A stretch of 64,000 nt of DNA from Allocoleopsis franciscana PCC 7113 (lineage in GTDB: Bacteria; Cyanobacteriota; Cyanobacteriia; Cyanobacteriales; Coleofasciculaceae): assembly GCF_000317515.1 (NCBI RefSeq), contig NC_019738.1, forward strand, positions 1,809,623-1,873,622, written 5' to 3'. Under the pieces are notes generated by a model. It ran no database searches. It was not told the DNA's origin and saw only the letters and a program-made list of their open reading frames with translations. The translations under genes were made by a program, and so were the position numbers. Below, one piece after another: positions 48,889 through 59,687 of this stretch (its first letter is position 1; each line of letters begins with the position of its first letter).

Positions 48889-49377
48889 ACGATTGGCTAG
48901 AGACTGCTTTGATACTCAAAATCAGTTTTCTCAATCATTGCATCCTCAAGCGTAACTTAAGTCAGTCAAGTTACAAGATTCACTTCGTAAATTGAGTTAG
49001 TAGCCGTTCCAACTCACCGGGTTGAAAACTTCCCTCAGCCGGTTGTCGATTCTGGTACCCCGGTTCCCCATAAAGGTATTCACAATAAACATTCACAAAT
49101 CGATTATGGGATTTAATTGTCCAGTTAAAGATACAGATTCCCGTTAACGTAGCCAGAGAAAAATCTGTATTTTTCACCTCGGAATAACTAAAATCGGTAT
49201 TACTTAAGTTGGCTTTCCTAAAAGATGTTCCAGGTTCGCTGGGTCTGATAGAGCATCTGCTACGCTTTTATGGCTAGACGCCGCTCACCCCACTTGAATG
49301 AAAAATTCAACTTATCAGTGGGGCTTGCGCGTTGTCATTCGTGGTGAACTCTGATGTTTTAGAAAGTAATAAAGATG

Positions 49378-49689
49378 TTAGAACATGCGAAATTGTTCAA
49401 CTTTTTGCGTGTATTCGATAGGCATAACGGTTACAACATTTTCATCAGGATTTGGAATGATGTAGTACTCAATCACTTGACCCCCGTAAACTTTCTCGGC
49501 AGCTTCAATTCCTGCCGCAATAGCAACATTGACCTCAGAAATCTTCCCTCGAATAGTTACTATAAAGTTACCCCTTTCCGCTATGCCGTAATAAACCAAT
49601 GTGACGGCACCAGCTTTGACCATCGCGTCTGCTGCCGCTAACACAGCAGGAAAACCTAACGTTTCAATCGTTCCAACGGCTGCTGGCAT
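49378..49689 (-). CDS. bacterial microcompartment (BMC-H) shell protein, CcmK-like paralogue (orphan/satellite copy)
   Basis: AVGTIETLGFPAVLAAADAMVKAGAVTLVYYGIAERGNFIVTIRGKISEVNVAIAAGIEAAEKV closely follows the CcmK BMC-domain consensus. Start placed at internal Met (MPAAVG) by homology. Confidence 0.8.
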   Translation of the reverse strand: MPAAVGTIETLGFPAVLAAADAMVKAGAVTLVYYGIAERGNFIVTIRGKISEVNVAIAAGIEAAEKVYGGQVIEYYIIPNPDENVVTVMPIEYTQKVEQFRMF

Positions 49690-49837
49690 GAAATCAGCTC
49701 CTGAGTCAACTTTAATAGGTGAAATCAATTGTACGAGACTTCACTCTAATTTGGATAAAAATACTATTTGCAACAACAAAACCCGGCATTTTTACCGGGC
49801 TGAGAAACATTGGATAATTTAAGGGATTTCTGAAGGA

Positions 49838-50719
49838 TTAAGCGGGGACTGGAGTGCCCTGCTTTTGATTGGCCAATTCCAAAAGCCGACGAATCCGCTC
49901 TTCCGTAGGAGGATGAGTCCGGAACAATGTCAGCAGACCTTTGGTGGAAAGCGGATTGACAATCAGTAGCGCGGACATTGCAGGGTTGCCATTCATCGGA
50001 ATTTGCCGACCCATAGCTTCAAGCTTCTCCAGCGCTGTGGCGAGTGCTCTGGGATTTCCTGTGATTTCCGCCGAACCCAAGTCAGCTGAATATTCGCGAG
50101 TCCGGGAAATAGCAAACTGAAGTAACGCCGCCGCAATCGGAGCTAACACAATCAAAAACAATATACCCAAAGGATTGCCACCTTGACGATTATCCCGAGT
50201 CACGGGGCCATATAGTGCGCCAAATGTAAGTATCCTTCCCAAGAAAGTAATGGCTCCGGCGATAGTCCCTGCAACCGCTTGGGTCAGGGTATCGTGGTTA
50301 CGGATGTGGGTGAGTTCATGAGCCAAAACTCCCTCAAGTTCTTCCTGTGAGAGCAACTCCAAAATGCCTTGAGTGACGGCTACGGTTGCATGTTCTGGGT
50401 CTCGACCGGTGGCAAAAGCATTCGGCGATTGTGTGGGTACGATGAATAGTTTAGGCATGGGAATGCCTGCGCGATCGCTTAAAGAAGCGACGGTATCATA
50501 AAGTTCTGGCGACTCATGACGAGCAATAGGCTGTGCATTATACGTCGCTAAAGCGGCTCGATCCGAGTAGTACCACGAACCAAAACTGGTGAGGGCTGCA
50601 AACACTAGACCCATGTACAGACCCTGTTCATTCCCGACTAGATAGTAGCCCCCTAGCACGAGCAGACCACTCAGCAGTCCTAGCAACGCTGCTGTTTTAA
50701 TTTGATTAATGCCAAGCAT
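49838..50719 (-). CDS. htpX: M48-family zinc metalloprotease HtpX
   Basis: 293 aa, 4 TM. HEXXH in VLAHELTHIRNHD. Typical HtpX topology. Confidence 0.85.
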   Translation of the reverse strand: MLGINQIKTAALLGLLSGLLVLGGYYLVGNEQGLYMGLVFAALTSFGSWYYSDRAALATYNAQPIARHESPELYDTVASLSDRAGIPMPKLFIVPTQSPNAFATGRDPEHATVAVTQGILELLSQEELEGVLAHELTHIRNHDTLTQAVAGTIAGAITFLGRILTFGALYGPVTRDNRQGGNPLGILFLIVLAPIAAALLQFAISRTREYSADLGSAEITGNPRALATALEKLEAMGRQIPMNGNPAMSALLIVNPLSTKGLLTLFRTHPPTEERIRRLLELANQKQGTPVPA

Positions 50720-50868
50720 GATTTTGAGAGTGATTGTTAAAAATTTTTGCGATTTCTCCTCAACATCTCAAATCTTGAATAAATTTTGTCTCTATCCCTC
50801 GAAATAAATCCAGCTATTCCAATGGGTAGGTCAATTTTTGATGGAAGGTTCAAAAATCTTCAAAATGA

Positions 50869-51075
50869 TTACTCGCCTCCTGAGGACTCGAATCCAGCGT
50901 TGTCATTCTTTTGGGCAACATCATCTGAAAAAAAAGCTTCTACTAATGAGCCAACCATCCAATAAATCCCAAATGCCAATAAGATGAGCATCAAAGGCGC
51001 AAAACCGGCAAAAGGAGCAAATAGCAGCATCAGCAATAAGCCGAATATTACAATTTTTCCGAGTCGATTATTCAT
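50869..51075 (-). CDS. small two-TM membrane protein, hypothetical
   Basis: 68 aa, two hydrophobic helices (IVIFGLLLMLLFAPFAGFAPLMLILLAFGIYWMVG). Confidence 0.4.
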   Translation of the reverse strand: MNNRLGKIVIFGLLLMLLFAPFAGFAPLMLILLAFGIYWMVGSLVEAFFSDDVAQKNDNAGFESSGGE

Positions 51076-51182
51076 GGAGTACTTTTCTTATCTCAATGGT
51101 TTTACTATCTCGCTTTTGCTGAATTAAATGCATCTAGCAGGAGAAGTAGAACTCATAGGAAATACCAATAAATACCGAACCG

Positions 51183-51650
51183 TTATAAAAACCGACTCAA
51201 ATCAAAATCCCCTTCAGGCGTTTCTTTTTTAAACCTTTCCGCACTCAAAATCAGCAACAATCGATCAGAATAATCTACTGCTCCCCGTAACTCATCTCGC
51301 AAAAGATCCAGCCCCCCATTGGCATATTCTTCAAAAATATGGATGCGTTTCTCCTCAGCGATGTCATCCGTGGGGGAGAGAATTTTCGCCTCTTTGGTTT
51401 GTGCGATCGCCAGTAACTTCAATACGCGATCATATCCCCTGGAAACAAATACCTCTAAGGCAATGGGTGAGACTTCTTTGGTGGAGATGGTTCCCAAAGG
51501 CGATCGCTTTTTGCGCTTTGCCCCTAATGCGGCGGCAAACACTATCGCATCGGCATAGGTTTGGAAAGGCCCCGTGGAACTTTCTGAGACGACTAAAGAT
51601 TTGACTAAATCCGCTTTATCCTTAGCCACCCGAATTCTGTTTGCACCCAT
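51183..51650 (-). CDS. conserved hypothetical protein divergently paired with a tyrosine recombinase
   Basis: 155-aa ORF with good coding appearance. No motif I can assign confidently. Confidence 0.55.
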   Translation of the reverse strand: MGANRIRVAKDKADLVKSLVVSESSTGPFQTYADAIVFAAALGAKRKKRSPLGTISTKEVSPIALEVFVSRGYDRVLKLLAIAQTKEAKILSPTDDIAEEKRIHIFEEYANGGLDLLRDELRGAVDYSDRLLLILSAERFKKETPEGDFDLSRFL

Positions 51651-51726
51651 CGCCTTCTAATTCCCATAACAGTACTTATCGGATGTAAAAATGATAGCAT
51701 GAGTATAAAATCCCGCAAATTTCACC

Positions 51727-52722
51727 ATGCAGGTTACTGCAACACCAAGCCCCATCACTCCTCAACCTCCCAACCTGGCAATCACTACCGCCAACCTCCT
51801 AGAAGTCTTTGCCGAGTTTCTGAATATTGATGTTGGTGCTGGCGATGCAGCATCCGATACCCTAAACACATATCGCCGCCAAGTTCAGCAGTTCGTTGAT
51901 TGGTGCGATCGCCAAAAAATCTATCCCGCACAAGTCACGAAGGACGACATCAAGCATTACCGTCGCTGGATGGTAGAAAAAAAGAAATTCAAGCCAGCCA
52001 CCATAGCATTAAAGTTGTCTGTAGTCAAGCGTTTTTATCAAGCTGCCGTAGAACAAGGGCTGATTCCGATTAATCCAGCCGCTGGCGTGAAACCCCCAAA
52101 GGAAAAGCGCGACCCAGCAGAACGCATTTCTTACCTAGAAAAAGCTGAAGTCGAGCAATTTCTAGAAGCCATACCCCAAGATGGAACCCTCAAAGCAGCG
52201 CGAGATAAAGCCCTGCTAGCCATTATGACCTTGGAAGGGCCACGTACAGTAGAACTGCACCGAGCCAATATTTCTGATCTGGTTAGGCAAGGAGGAAATA
52301 TAGGAATTCGGGTGGAAGGGAAGCGAAATATTCGAGTTGTTCCTTTAACTCCAGATATTGCCGGCCTTGTGATGATTTACCTGGAGGCGAGGAAAGAGAG
52401 TGGGGAAACACTCAAACCATCGAGTCCCCTATTCATCGCCGTAGGAAATCGGGCCGGTGGACAGCGGATTTCTCGACGTGGGATTCGGCTGATAGTGGAT
52501 TACTACCTGCAAGAAACAGCACTCAAGCAAACACCAGGGAGAACAATATCAGCTCATAGTCTAAGACATACAGCAGGGACACTTGCCCTAAGGTCTGGTG
52601 CAGAGTTACGCCAAGTGCAAGATTTGTTGGGACATGCCGACCCCAGAACAACCTGTATTTATGCACATATCGCTGACCGTTGGCTGAATAATCCAGCTTT
52701 GAAACTAGGAATCAAGATATAA
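51727..52722 (+). CDS. tyrosine-type site-specific recombinase/integrase (XerC/D-like)
   Basis: C-terminal catalytic region HSLRHTAGTLALRSGAELRQVQDLLGHADPRTTCIYAHI (R...H..R...Y). N-terminal SAM-like core-binding domain. Confidence 0.85.
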   Translation: MQVTATPSPITPQPPNLAITTANLLEVFAEFLNIDVGAGDAASDTLNTYRRQVQQFVDWCDRQKIYPAQVTKDDIKHYRRWMVEKKKFKPATIALKLSVVKRFYQAAVEQGLIPINPAAGVKPPKEKRDPAERISYLEKAEVEQFLEAIPQDGTLKAARDKALLAIMTLEGPRTVELHRANISDLVRQGGNIGIRVEGKRNIRVVPLTPDIAGLVMIYLEARKESGETLKPSSPLFIAVGNRAGGQRISRRGIRLIVDYYLQETALKQTPGRTISAHSLRHTAGTLALRSGAELRQVQDLLGHADPRTTCIYAHIADRWLNNPALKLGIKI

Positions 52723-53101
52723 CCGTTAACCCCTAGAAAAATCCTCAGATTTTTTTGGATAATTTTCCTGTTTTGTTCCCATTCACAATGAAGTATCGAT
52801 GAAGATACCGTAAAGAAGGGATAAAGATGGGATACTACGATTTTAACGACCACTTCTGGTCACCCCTGGAAGTCTGCGCTTCAGCCCCAAAAAAAGAACC
52901 TTCAGAGAAAAAGTTTAAAATTACGAATCTGGTACAAACTATATTGAGTGCAGGGTCTCAGCCTAGTAAAACGTTGGTAAAAAAAGCGAATTAAACAATA
53001 TCGTATTGTAGTTGGGTTGAGGTACCAAACCCAACTTTGATAAAGGCTGGATGGGTTTCGCGATGGCTCTACCCATCCTACAAATAATTAACGTTCTCTA
53101 C

Positions 53102-53749
53102 TTATATATTTTCTAAACCCTGGAGTAACGAATCTTGTAAAGCTTGAGTCAGTGCAACAGCCGTTTGCTTATCATTCTCCTGACGGTATGCATGGGAGTA
53201 AAGAGGAGAACTGATATTAATTAATATGCTGGCACAGGGATTAGCACTTGGGTCATAGCGAATCGCGATCGGAACAATAGGAATTGCCACACATTCCGGT
53301 ATCTTCGCTTCAGCTTGCAGAACCAAACGCGCTAAACCCGTTTTTAGCGGGCGTAGGGGTTGGTCGCGCACAATTCCCCCTTCGGGAAACATCACCAATT
53401 TCTTCCCCGCTTGCAACAGTTCGATCGCACAGCGCATAGTAGAAACAGTCGGATGATTTAAGTCCACAGGAAACGCTCCTAGTCTTTCAATCAACCAACC
53501 CTGGAAGCCCTCAAACTGATTAGCATTGGTCATAAACCGTAGCGGTTCAGTACTGAGTAAAGAGATGACGAGTGGGTCCCAACGGCTAAAGTGCTTAGGA
53601 GCAAGAACCACAGGGCCAGATTCCGGTAAATTTTCATACCCTTGGAAGATAATTTGCCCAAAATAAAGACTCAGAAAAATACGATGGACGGGGAAAAGTG
53701 TCCAGTAAAGCCAAGGCATTACAGAAGCGGCTGGTGGAAGAGACTTCAT
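53102..53749 (-). CDS. 1-acyl-sn-glycerol-3-phosphate (lysophospholipid) acyltransferase, PlsC family
   Basis: HxxxxD motif (KHFSRWD) and FPEGG motif (VMFPEGGIVRD). Confidence 0.8.
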   Translation of the reverse strand: MKSLPPAASVMPWLYWTLFPVHRIFLSLYFGQIIFQGYENLPESGPVVLAPKHFSRWDPLVISLLSTEPLRFMTNANQFEGFQGWLIERLGAFPVDLNHPTVSTMRCAIELLQAGKKLVMFPEGGIVRDQPLRPLKTGLARLVLQAEAKIPECVAIPIVPIAIRYDPSANPCASILINISSPLYSHAYRQENDKQTAVALTQALQDSLLQGLENI

Positions 53750-53925
53750 CCGGTTGAGTCACCTGTTACTGATTCGATGAGTTCTACTGGTTAAGCGGTT
53801 CTCAATTGCCTACAATACACCCGAAGCCAGGTCGTTTCGCTTAGCATGACAAATAACAAACAAGTGTTGCGTACATCCTGAAATACCATCCTCGCTGAAG
53901 AATACCATCTGGGAGTTATCCAAGA

Positions 53926-55500
53926 ATGAAATTCGTGTCCGATCCACCCATCTCCGTCAAAATCCGCAAGATGAAGCAGCGGGTGCGGTGGGGTGACCCA
54001 GTCATTTTAGAGCGGGGAATCGACCAAACTCGGATGGTTTTAGACATCAATGAGCCAGATAATCCTGAATTTTCCTTCTTAGTCGTGGGGGATAGTGGTG
54101 CTGGAGCACAGCGCGGTCATAACCCTCAACGACAAATCGCTGAACTGATGCTCTCACAGCGCGATACCAGTGATTTTGTGTTGCACACAGGCGATGTAAT
54201 TTACCTCGTTGGCTCCAGCGAGTACTATCAAAAGAACTTTATTTCCCCCTATCGAGAGTTTCTGGTCGGGGGAGAGGATTACAAAAAGATTGCCTATGAC
54301 CAGATGGTGTTTAATATCCCGTTTCTCCCCGTGCTAGGAAACCACGACTACTACGACCTTCCTTGGTTTTTTGGTGTGATGACAGGGACGACACTTCCCC
54401 TGCGCCGACTCCTCTGGTCAAAACTAGATTTTGACATTGGCTGGCAGGGTTCGGGTCAAGGTAGGGTTTATGCCCAGGCATTCATGGACTACCTGAAAGC
54501 GTTGAATAACAAGGAAGCGTTTGTCCGTCATTTAGACCAGCATTACACGGCTAAAACCGATACAGGACCCTGTCTACGTTACCAACCCGGACATTTCACC
54601 CGCTTACCCAACCGCTATTACACCTTTCGTTTCGGTGGGATTGACTTCTTTGCCCTGGATACGAATACCTTTAATGCACCATCACCCCTACCCAACACCA
54701 AAGAGGGTGATGAACTCCGTCGCGAACTCTATCAGCGCAGAGAGGAGTTAGAACGTTCAGAAGAGAAAATTCTCGAAACTTGTGAACGACTTAACCCCGA
54801 CAACCCGGAGGAAGCGGATATTCTGGATGATCAGCAAGCGAAGTTGGAGCAAATTGAGGAAGCCAAGCTGGACATTGAGAAACAACTGACCACCGACAAA
54901 AACATTGTTACCGACTTTGAACAACTCGAATGGCTCAAACAAAGGCTGATTGAATCTTGGCATACCCAAGAGGTGCGCGGACGTGTCCTTTATTTCCACC
55001 ATCCTCCCTACGTCACTGAAGCCACTAAGTGGGACCAAGGACAAACGATGGAGGTTCGTTACCATCTGCGCCGTGTTCTGGATGCCGTAGATGAAGCGGT
55101 TGGGGAACTGCCACAGGGGCGTCCCATTGTGGATTTGGTGCTTTCGGGTCACGCCCATTGCTTGGAACATCTCTACACGGGTGACACCGGACACGCGGAC
55201 TCTCACATTAACTGGATTGTCTGCGGGGGTAGCGGTTACAGTCTGCGTCGCCAACGGGCTGAGGGTTCGGATTTAAGTGAGCGGTTTAGGGATAATGGAG
55301 GCGATCGCATTCGTCAAGTTGCAAAATCCCGCCTTTTTGTCGGTCGGCATGGTCATGGCTCAAAAAAGGGGCGACCCTATTCGTTTATCCGAATCGATGT
55401 CAAAGCCGGTTGCCCCCCCAAGTTGGTTGTTAGACCCTTTATCGCCGAACGATTGGGGCGACATTGGAGTCATAGCCAGCTTGAACCCGTTGTGATTTAA
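53926..55500 (+). CDS. calcineurin-like metallophosphoesterase with coiled-coil insert
   Basis: VVGDSGAG, GDVIY, GNHDY, HHPPY, SGHAH metal-binding motifs of the metallophosphatase fold. Glu-rich coiled-coil insertion (ELRRELYQRREELERSEEKILE). Confidence 0.75.
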   Translation: MKFVSDPPISVKIRKMKQRVRWGDPVILERGIDQTRMVLDINEPDNPEFSFLVVGDSGAGAQRGHNPQRQIAELMLSQRDTSDFVLHTGDVIYLVGSSEYYQKNFISPYREFLVGGEDYKKIAYDQMVFNIPFLPVLGNHDYYDLPWFFGVMTGTTLPLRRLLWSKLDFDIGWQGSGQGRVYAQAFMDYLKALNNKEAFVRHLDQHYTAKTDTGPCLRYQPGHFTRLPNRYYTFRFGGIDFFALDTNTFNAPSPLPNTKEGDELRRELYQRREELERSEEKILETCERLNPDNPEEADILDDQQAKLEQIEEAKLDIEKQLTTDKNIVTDFEQLEWLKQRLIESWHTQEVRGRVLYFHHPPYVTEATKWDQGQTMEVRYHLRRVLDAVDEAVGELPQGRPIVDLVLSGHAHCLEHLYTGDTGHADSHINWIVCGGSGYSLRRQRAEGSDLSERFRDNGGDRIRQVAKSRLFVGRHGHGSKKGRPYSFIRIDVKAGCPPKLVVRPFIAERLGRHWSHSQLEPVVI

Positions 55501-55538
55501 CGTTATCTGACAAAGACTAATCTGATTGCACTATATAA

Positions 55539-56189
55539 ATGGATACAACCCCACCCACTGAGTTGTCTCAAAAGCCGGAAATCGCGGCTATTCGGGGAGA
55601 CTCGGCTGCACAACCCGTTTTAGATCAGCCACCCTTGATTGATTTACGTCAATACGACTCATCCAAGTCCGATCGCGGGCGTCCTGGATGGTTTGTTTTA
55701 CTTTGGTGGTTGGTGCAAGCGATCGCATTTCCCTTAAGTCCCCATACCTTCAACGGCTTCCGCAAAGGGCTACTCCAGCTATTTGGGGCAAAAATTGGTA
55801 CTGGCGTGGTTATCCGACCCACTGCCCGTTTTACCTATCCCTGGAAAGTGGAAATTGGCGACTACAGTTGGATTGGGGAGGATGTAGTTTTTTACAGCCT
55901 CGATCGCATTCACATTGGCTGTCACAGCGTTATTTCGCAAAAATGCTACCTCTGTACCGGTAGCCACGACATCCAAGACCCAGGATTTGGTCTCATCACC
56001 GCCCCCATTGCGATCGGTAACGGTGCCTGGATTGCCACAGACTGCTTCATCGCCCCAGGCGTTCAAATTGGAGCCAATGCGGTGATTGGGGCGCGTAGCA
56101 GTGTTTTCAGTCATATCCCAGCCCAACAGGTCTGCTGGGGTACACCCGCACGCCCCCACTATCAACGACAAGTCCGGCAGAAATCCTAA
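55539..56189 (+). CDS. hexapeptide-repeat acetyltransferase, WcaF/colanic-acid-acetyltransferase-like
   Basis: Left-handed beta-helix hexapeptide repeats (IGDYSWIGEDVVFYS...IGNGAWIATDCFIAPGVQIGANAVIGARSSV). Architecture as in WcaF. Confidence 0.8.
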   Translation: MDTTPPTELSQKPEIAAIRGDSAAQPVLDQPPLIDLRQYDSSKSDRGRPGWFVLLWWLVQAIAFPLSPHTFNGFRKGLLQLFGAKIGTGVVIRPTARFTYPWKVEIGDYSWIGEDVVFYSLDRIHIGCHSVISQKCYLCTGSHDIQDPGFGLITAPIAIGNGAWIATDCFIAPGVQIGANAVIGARSSVFSHIPAQQVCWGTPARPHYQRQVRQKS

Positions 56190-56810
56190 AAAGATAGGGA
56201 TTTTTATCCTTACTCTTGAATCTCAGTTTCAGGTAAAAGAATGGTTGTTTCAAAACCCACCCTGCCAAAATCTGGTTCCGGCCCCATCTCCATTTCAATC
56301 GCATAAATCCACGTCTGATTTGAATTCGGTCGGTAACTTTTGATTCTGCCTACACCGCCGCTAAAACTAACAGTTTGATTTCGAGTAAACCTGGGTACCA
56401 TCATAGAAATTGAATTCATAAATCTGAAGACTCCGTTTAGGCTAGGGTCATGAGCAAGCGTCTACTGATACTATTTGGCTGTATCTTTGCCTCCAGGGAA
56501 CCTGATTGTGCCCTACCGTTTATCTTCGATGCCCTAACATAGCGATCAGTATGATTAAGCCACTGAGTCAAGACTTCTTAATATAGAAATGCAATCCAGC
56601 AAAGATGTTGTTTACAGTTGTATCTAAAACTTACTTTCTGTTTACTCTGTCGAGAGTTTTGATTTGATGAAATAAGTAATCTATCGAAGGATATATATTT
56701 ATTAAATTTCACAGTATCCCAGAAAACCTTAGAGAGAAATATATGCCTAACCCACCCTCGTATAAGCTAGGCTGGACGTTCTCAAGTATTGGCTGAAGAC
56801 TGAAGTATTC

Positions 56811-57986
56811 CTACTTCTCTCTCACAATCAGATGATGCTTAGCATCAAATGTAATCATCCCTTGTTTCTGGAACTGACCCAATAGTCGCGTAATCGTCAC
56901 TCTAGTAGTACAACAAGCATCGGCAAGATCTTGATGAGTCAGGCGAACGCTTAAACGAGTGCCTTGAGCCACAGGTGCGCCAATTTCCAGCTTTAACAAC
57001 TGCAACAGATGATGCAATCTTTCTTTAACTTGCCGCTTTCCAGAAATAGCTAACAGCAATTCTGTCTGACGTAGCCGCTGACTGATTCGAGGTAACAACG
57101 TTTGGGATAGATGAGAACAAGCGCTGATCTCTGCTGGAGAAAAGGACACTAATTTAACTATTTCCGAGAGAGCGGTAGCTTGATACGTAGGAAGGGAAGT
57201 TAAAGTAGAACCAAAAGGCATCGATGGCCCTGCCAACCCCATGAGTACTTCATCACCGGTTTCACTCATCGTATTCAGCTTTACTACACCTTGAGCAACG
57301 ACCCAAAGGCAAGAAGGTGAGAGAGGGATAATTTCTCCTTTAGAATAACTATGCAGGGGACGATCCTGGAAAAGGTTGTGGCTATTTCTGGAGAACGCCT
57401 TTTGAGACAGCTGGTGCTTGGGAAGTTCGCGCAATATCCAGCGCAAGGAGACGACTCTGTGTTCATGGTCACAGACTGCATCAACAGTCACATCGGCTTC
57501 AATACACTCACTATTACGAGGCTGTAAACCTAATGTCCAGTTTTGTACTAAGTTACGCTGCTGCAACTGATTGAGTTTGAAGCGAAACGTCGAACGCTCT
57601 TGTATAGGAATAAAGTTGATCAGCAGTTTGTCTCTCAAGTACGACGGCTCAATGTTGAGCAGCCTAGCCGCAGCACGGTTAGCCTCTTGAATTTTGCCTT
57701 GTGCATCCGTGATCAGGTAGGCATTGGGCATGAACTCAAAGAGTTCTTGATAGCGCTTGCGTTCCGCTTCCACCTGCAATCGGGTGAGGGCTAATTCCTC
57801 AGACTGCTGGTACATCTCCTCAACAGCGACTTGCAACTCTTCCGAGGCAGTACCGAGTTCCTTGAAGGCAGTTGGTAGTAAGAAGTCTGGTTGCTGAGAT
57901 ACCGGGACATTTGCGCCCTCGTACAGCTCAGCTAAGCGCCAGTTGATCACCTGTAGCCGCTTAGCGAACGCATCGACATTCACCAT
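56811..57986 (-). CDS. Crp/Fnr-family transcriptional regulator with N-terminal coiled coil + PAS domain
   Basis: C-terminal Crp-type HTH (HQDLADACCTTRVTITRLLGQFQKQGMI), central cNMP-binding-like beta-roll, N-terminal PAS. GGAGG RBS 7 nt before ATG at 57986. Confidence 0.8.
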   Translation of the reverse strand: MVNVDAFAKRLQVINWRLAELYEGANVPVSQQPDFLLPTAFKELGTASEELQVAVEEMYQQSEELALTRLQVEAERKRYQELFEFMPNAYLITDAQGKIQEANRAAARLLNIEPSYLRDKLLINFIPIQERSTFRFKLNQLQQRNLVQNWTLGLQPRNSECIEADVTVDAVCDHEHRVVSLRWILRELPKHQLSQKAFSRNSHNLFQDRPLHSYSKGEIIPLSPSCLWVVAQGVVKLNTMSETGDEVLMGLAGPSMPFGSTLTSLPTYQATALSEIVKLVSFSPAEISACSHLSQTLLPRISQRLRQTELLLAISGKRQVKERLHHLLQLLKLEIGAPVAQGTRLSVRLTHQDLADACCTTRVTITRLLGQFQKQGMITFDAKHHLIVREK

Positions 57987-58192
57987 GTCTAAACCTCCGA
58001 CATTCACCTATCGAGGTGAAGCATAGGAGATTACCTGCTTTTGATGCACTAACCAATCGAGAGATTTAGAGCCGCCAAACAATGGTAATATTGTCAACTT
58101 CATTTGTGTCCATTGTTACAGGCAACCTTAACTTTTAGCCAAATCTGCGGCTGCCTGTCCACGGAAATAAAGGGATTACCAACGAGAGGATG

Positions 58193-59374
58193 TCACCCTT
58201 TCACACAGACGACTTGCTTGAGAGTTGCCACAACTTCAACCAAATCAGACTGATGATTCATCACCTCGTCGATTGGTTTGTAAGCGCCTGGAATTTCATC
58301 CAAAACCCCTTCATCCTTGCGGCACTCAATCCCTTGGGTTTGCTCAATCAAATCATCCAACGAGAAGTGCTTCTTCGCTTTACTGCGCGACATCTGACGC
58401 CCTGCACCGTGGGAACAAGAGCAATAGCTGTCATGATTACCTTTACCCTTGACGATGAAAGACTTTGCTCCCATGGAACCAGGGATGATGCCGTAATCTT
58501 CCTCTCGTGCCCGCACAGCCCCCTTGCGGGTGACGTAAACGTCTTCACCAAAATGCACTTCCTTCTCGGCGTAGTTGTGATGGCAGTTCACTTCCAAAAG
58601 AGCCTTGGTTGGCTTACCACCCGCAAGATGTTTTTCAACAATCCGCTTAAAGCGAGCCATCATGACATCGCGGTTAACGCGAGCATAATTCTGCGCCCAC
58701 TGCAAATCCCGCCAGTAAGCTTGAAATTCGGGCGTTCCCGCCACAAAATAAGCTAAATCTGGGTCAGGAAGAGATGTTTTTGTCATTTTGGCAAGTTCTT
58801 TTGCCGTGCTGATGTGGCACTGAGCTAACACATTGCCAATATTGCGTGAACCGGAGTGCAGCATGAGCCAAACTTGGTTCTCGGTATCGATGCAAACTTC
58901 AATGAAGTGATTGCCTCCACCAAGAGAACCCATCTGTCTCATCGCTTTCCCTTGCAAATCTTGCACCCCTCGATGCAGTTGTTTGAAATCAGCCCAACGC
59001 TGCCAGTTCGTTACCGATTTTTCAATGTCTTTGTTCTCGTTAAAGCCAACCGGAATAGCCGCTTCAAGATCTAGGCGAATTTTCTTGAGCTTACCCTCCA
59101 ATTGGTCAGCCACAAAAGGCGTTTTGATTGCAGCCATTCCGCAACCAATATCCACACCGACAGCCGCCGGCATGAGCGCTTCTTTTGTCGCAACGACAGA
59201 ACCCACTAAGGCTCCCTTGCCTAAGTGAACGTCTGGCATCAATGCTACATGCTTGAAAACAAAGGGCAGAGAAGCCACATTTTTGGCCATCTTGGTTTCC
59301 TCTGAACCCAAAGCATGATTAGCCCAAGAAAGGACTGGCGCTGAAGTGGAGATTTTTAGCTGTTCGTATGGCAT
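58193..59374 (-). CDS. rtcB: RNA ligase RtcB
   Basis: 393 aa. MPDVHLGKGALVGSV, GGGNHFIEVC, catalytic His context CHHNY. No rtcA or rtcR nearby. Confidence 0.9.
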   Translation of the reverse strand: MPYEQLKISTSAPVLSWANHALGSEETKMAKNVASLPFVFKHVALMPDVHLGKGALVGSVVATKEALMPAAVGVDIGCGMAAIKTPFVADQLEGKLKKIRLDLEAAIPVGFNENKDIEKSVTNWQRWADFKQLHRGVQDLQGKAMRQMGSLGGGNHFIEVCIDTENQVWLMLHSGSRNIGNVLAQCHISTAKELAKMTKTSLPDPDLAYFVAGTPEFQAYWRDLQWAQNYARVNRDVMMARFKRIVEKHLAGGKPTKALLEVNCHHNYAEKEVHFGEDVYVTRKGAVRAREEDYGIIPGSMGAKSFIVKGKGNHDSYCSCSHGAGRQMSRSKAKKHFSLDDLIEQTQGIECRKDEGVLDEIPGAYKPIDEVMNHQSDLVEVVATLKQVVCVKG

Positions 59375-59687
59375 AAACGTTTGCCTCTAAAAAAATATTG
59401 CTGATTATGGAGAAAGAGTTTTGTACAACGACTTATGTTTGGCTCAATTCATCCCTGTCTAAAGCTTTATAGGGGATAACTCTGAGATTCGTTTTGGTGT
59501 ACTACATAAATACTACACGATACCTAGCTAAATTCCAGAATGTTGTTTCGCTACCCTGTGGGTCTTTCCAGCAAAAGTTAATAGCCCAGAGAGAAACTAC
59601 ATTACAATTTGTAAAGAGGGCAAGGTTTTCAACGGATCTGCCCTCGATTGTGTCAAGAGCAATCCACACCACCCCACGTTTACTCTT

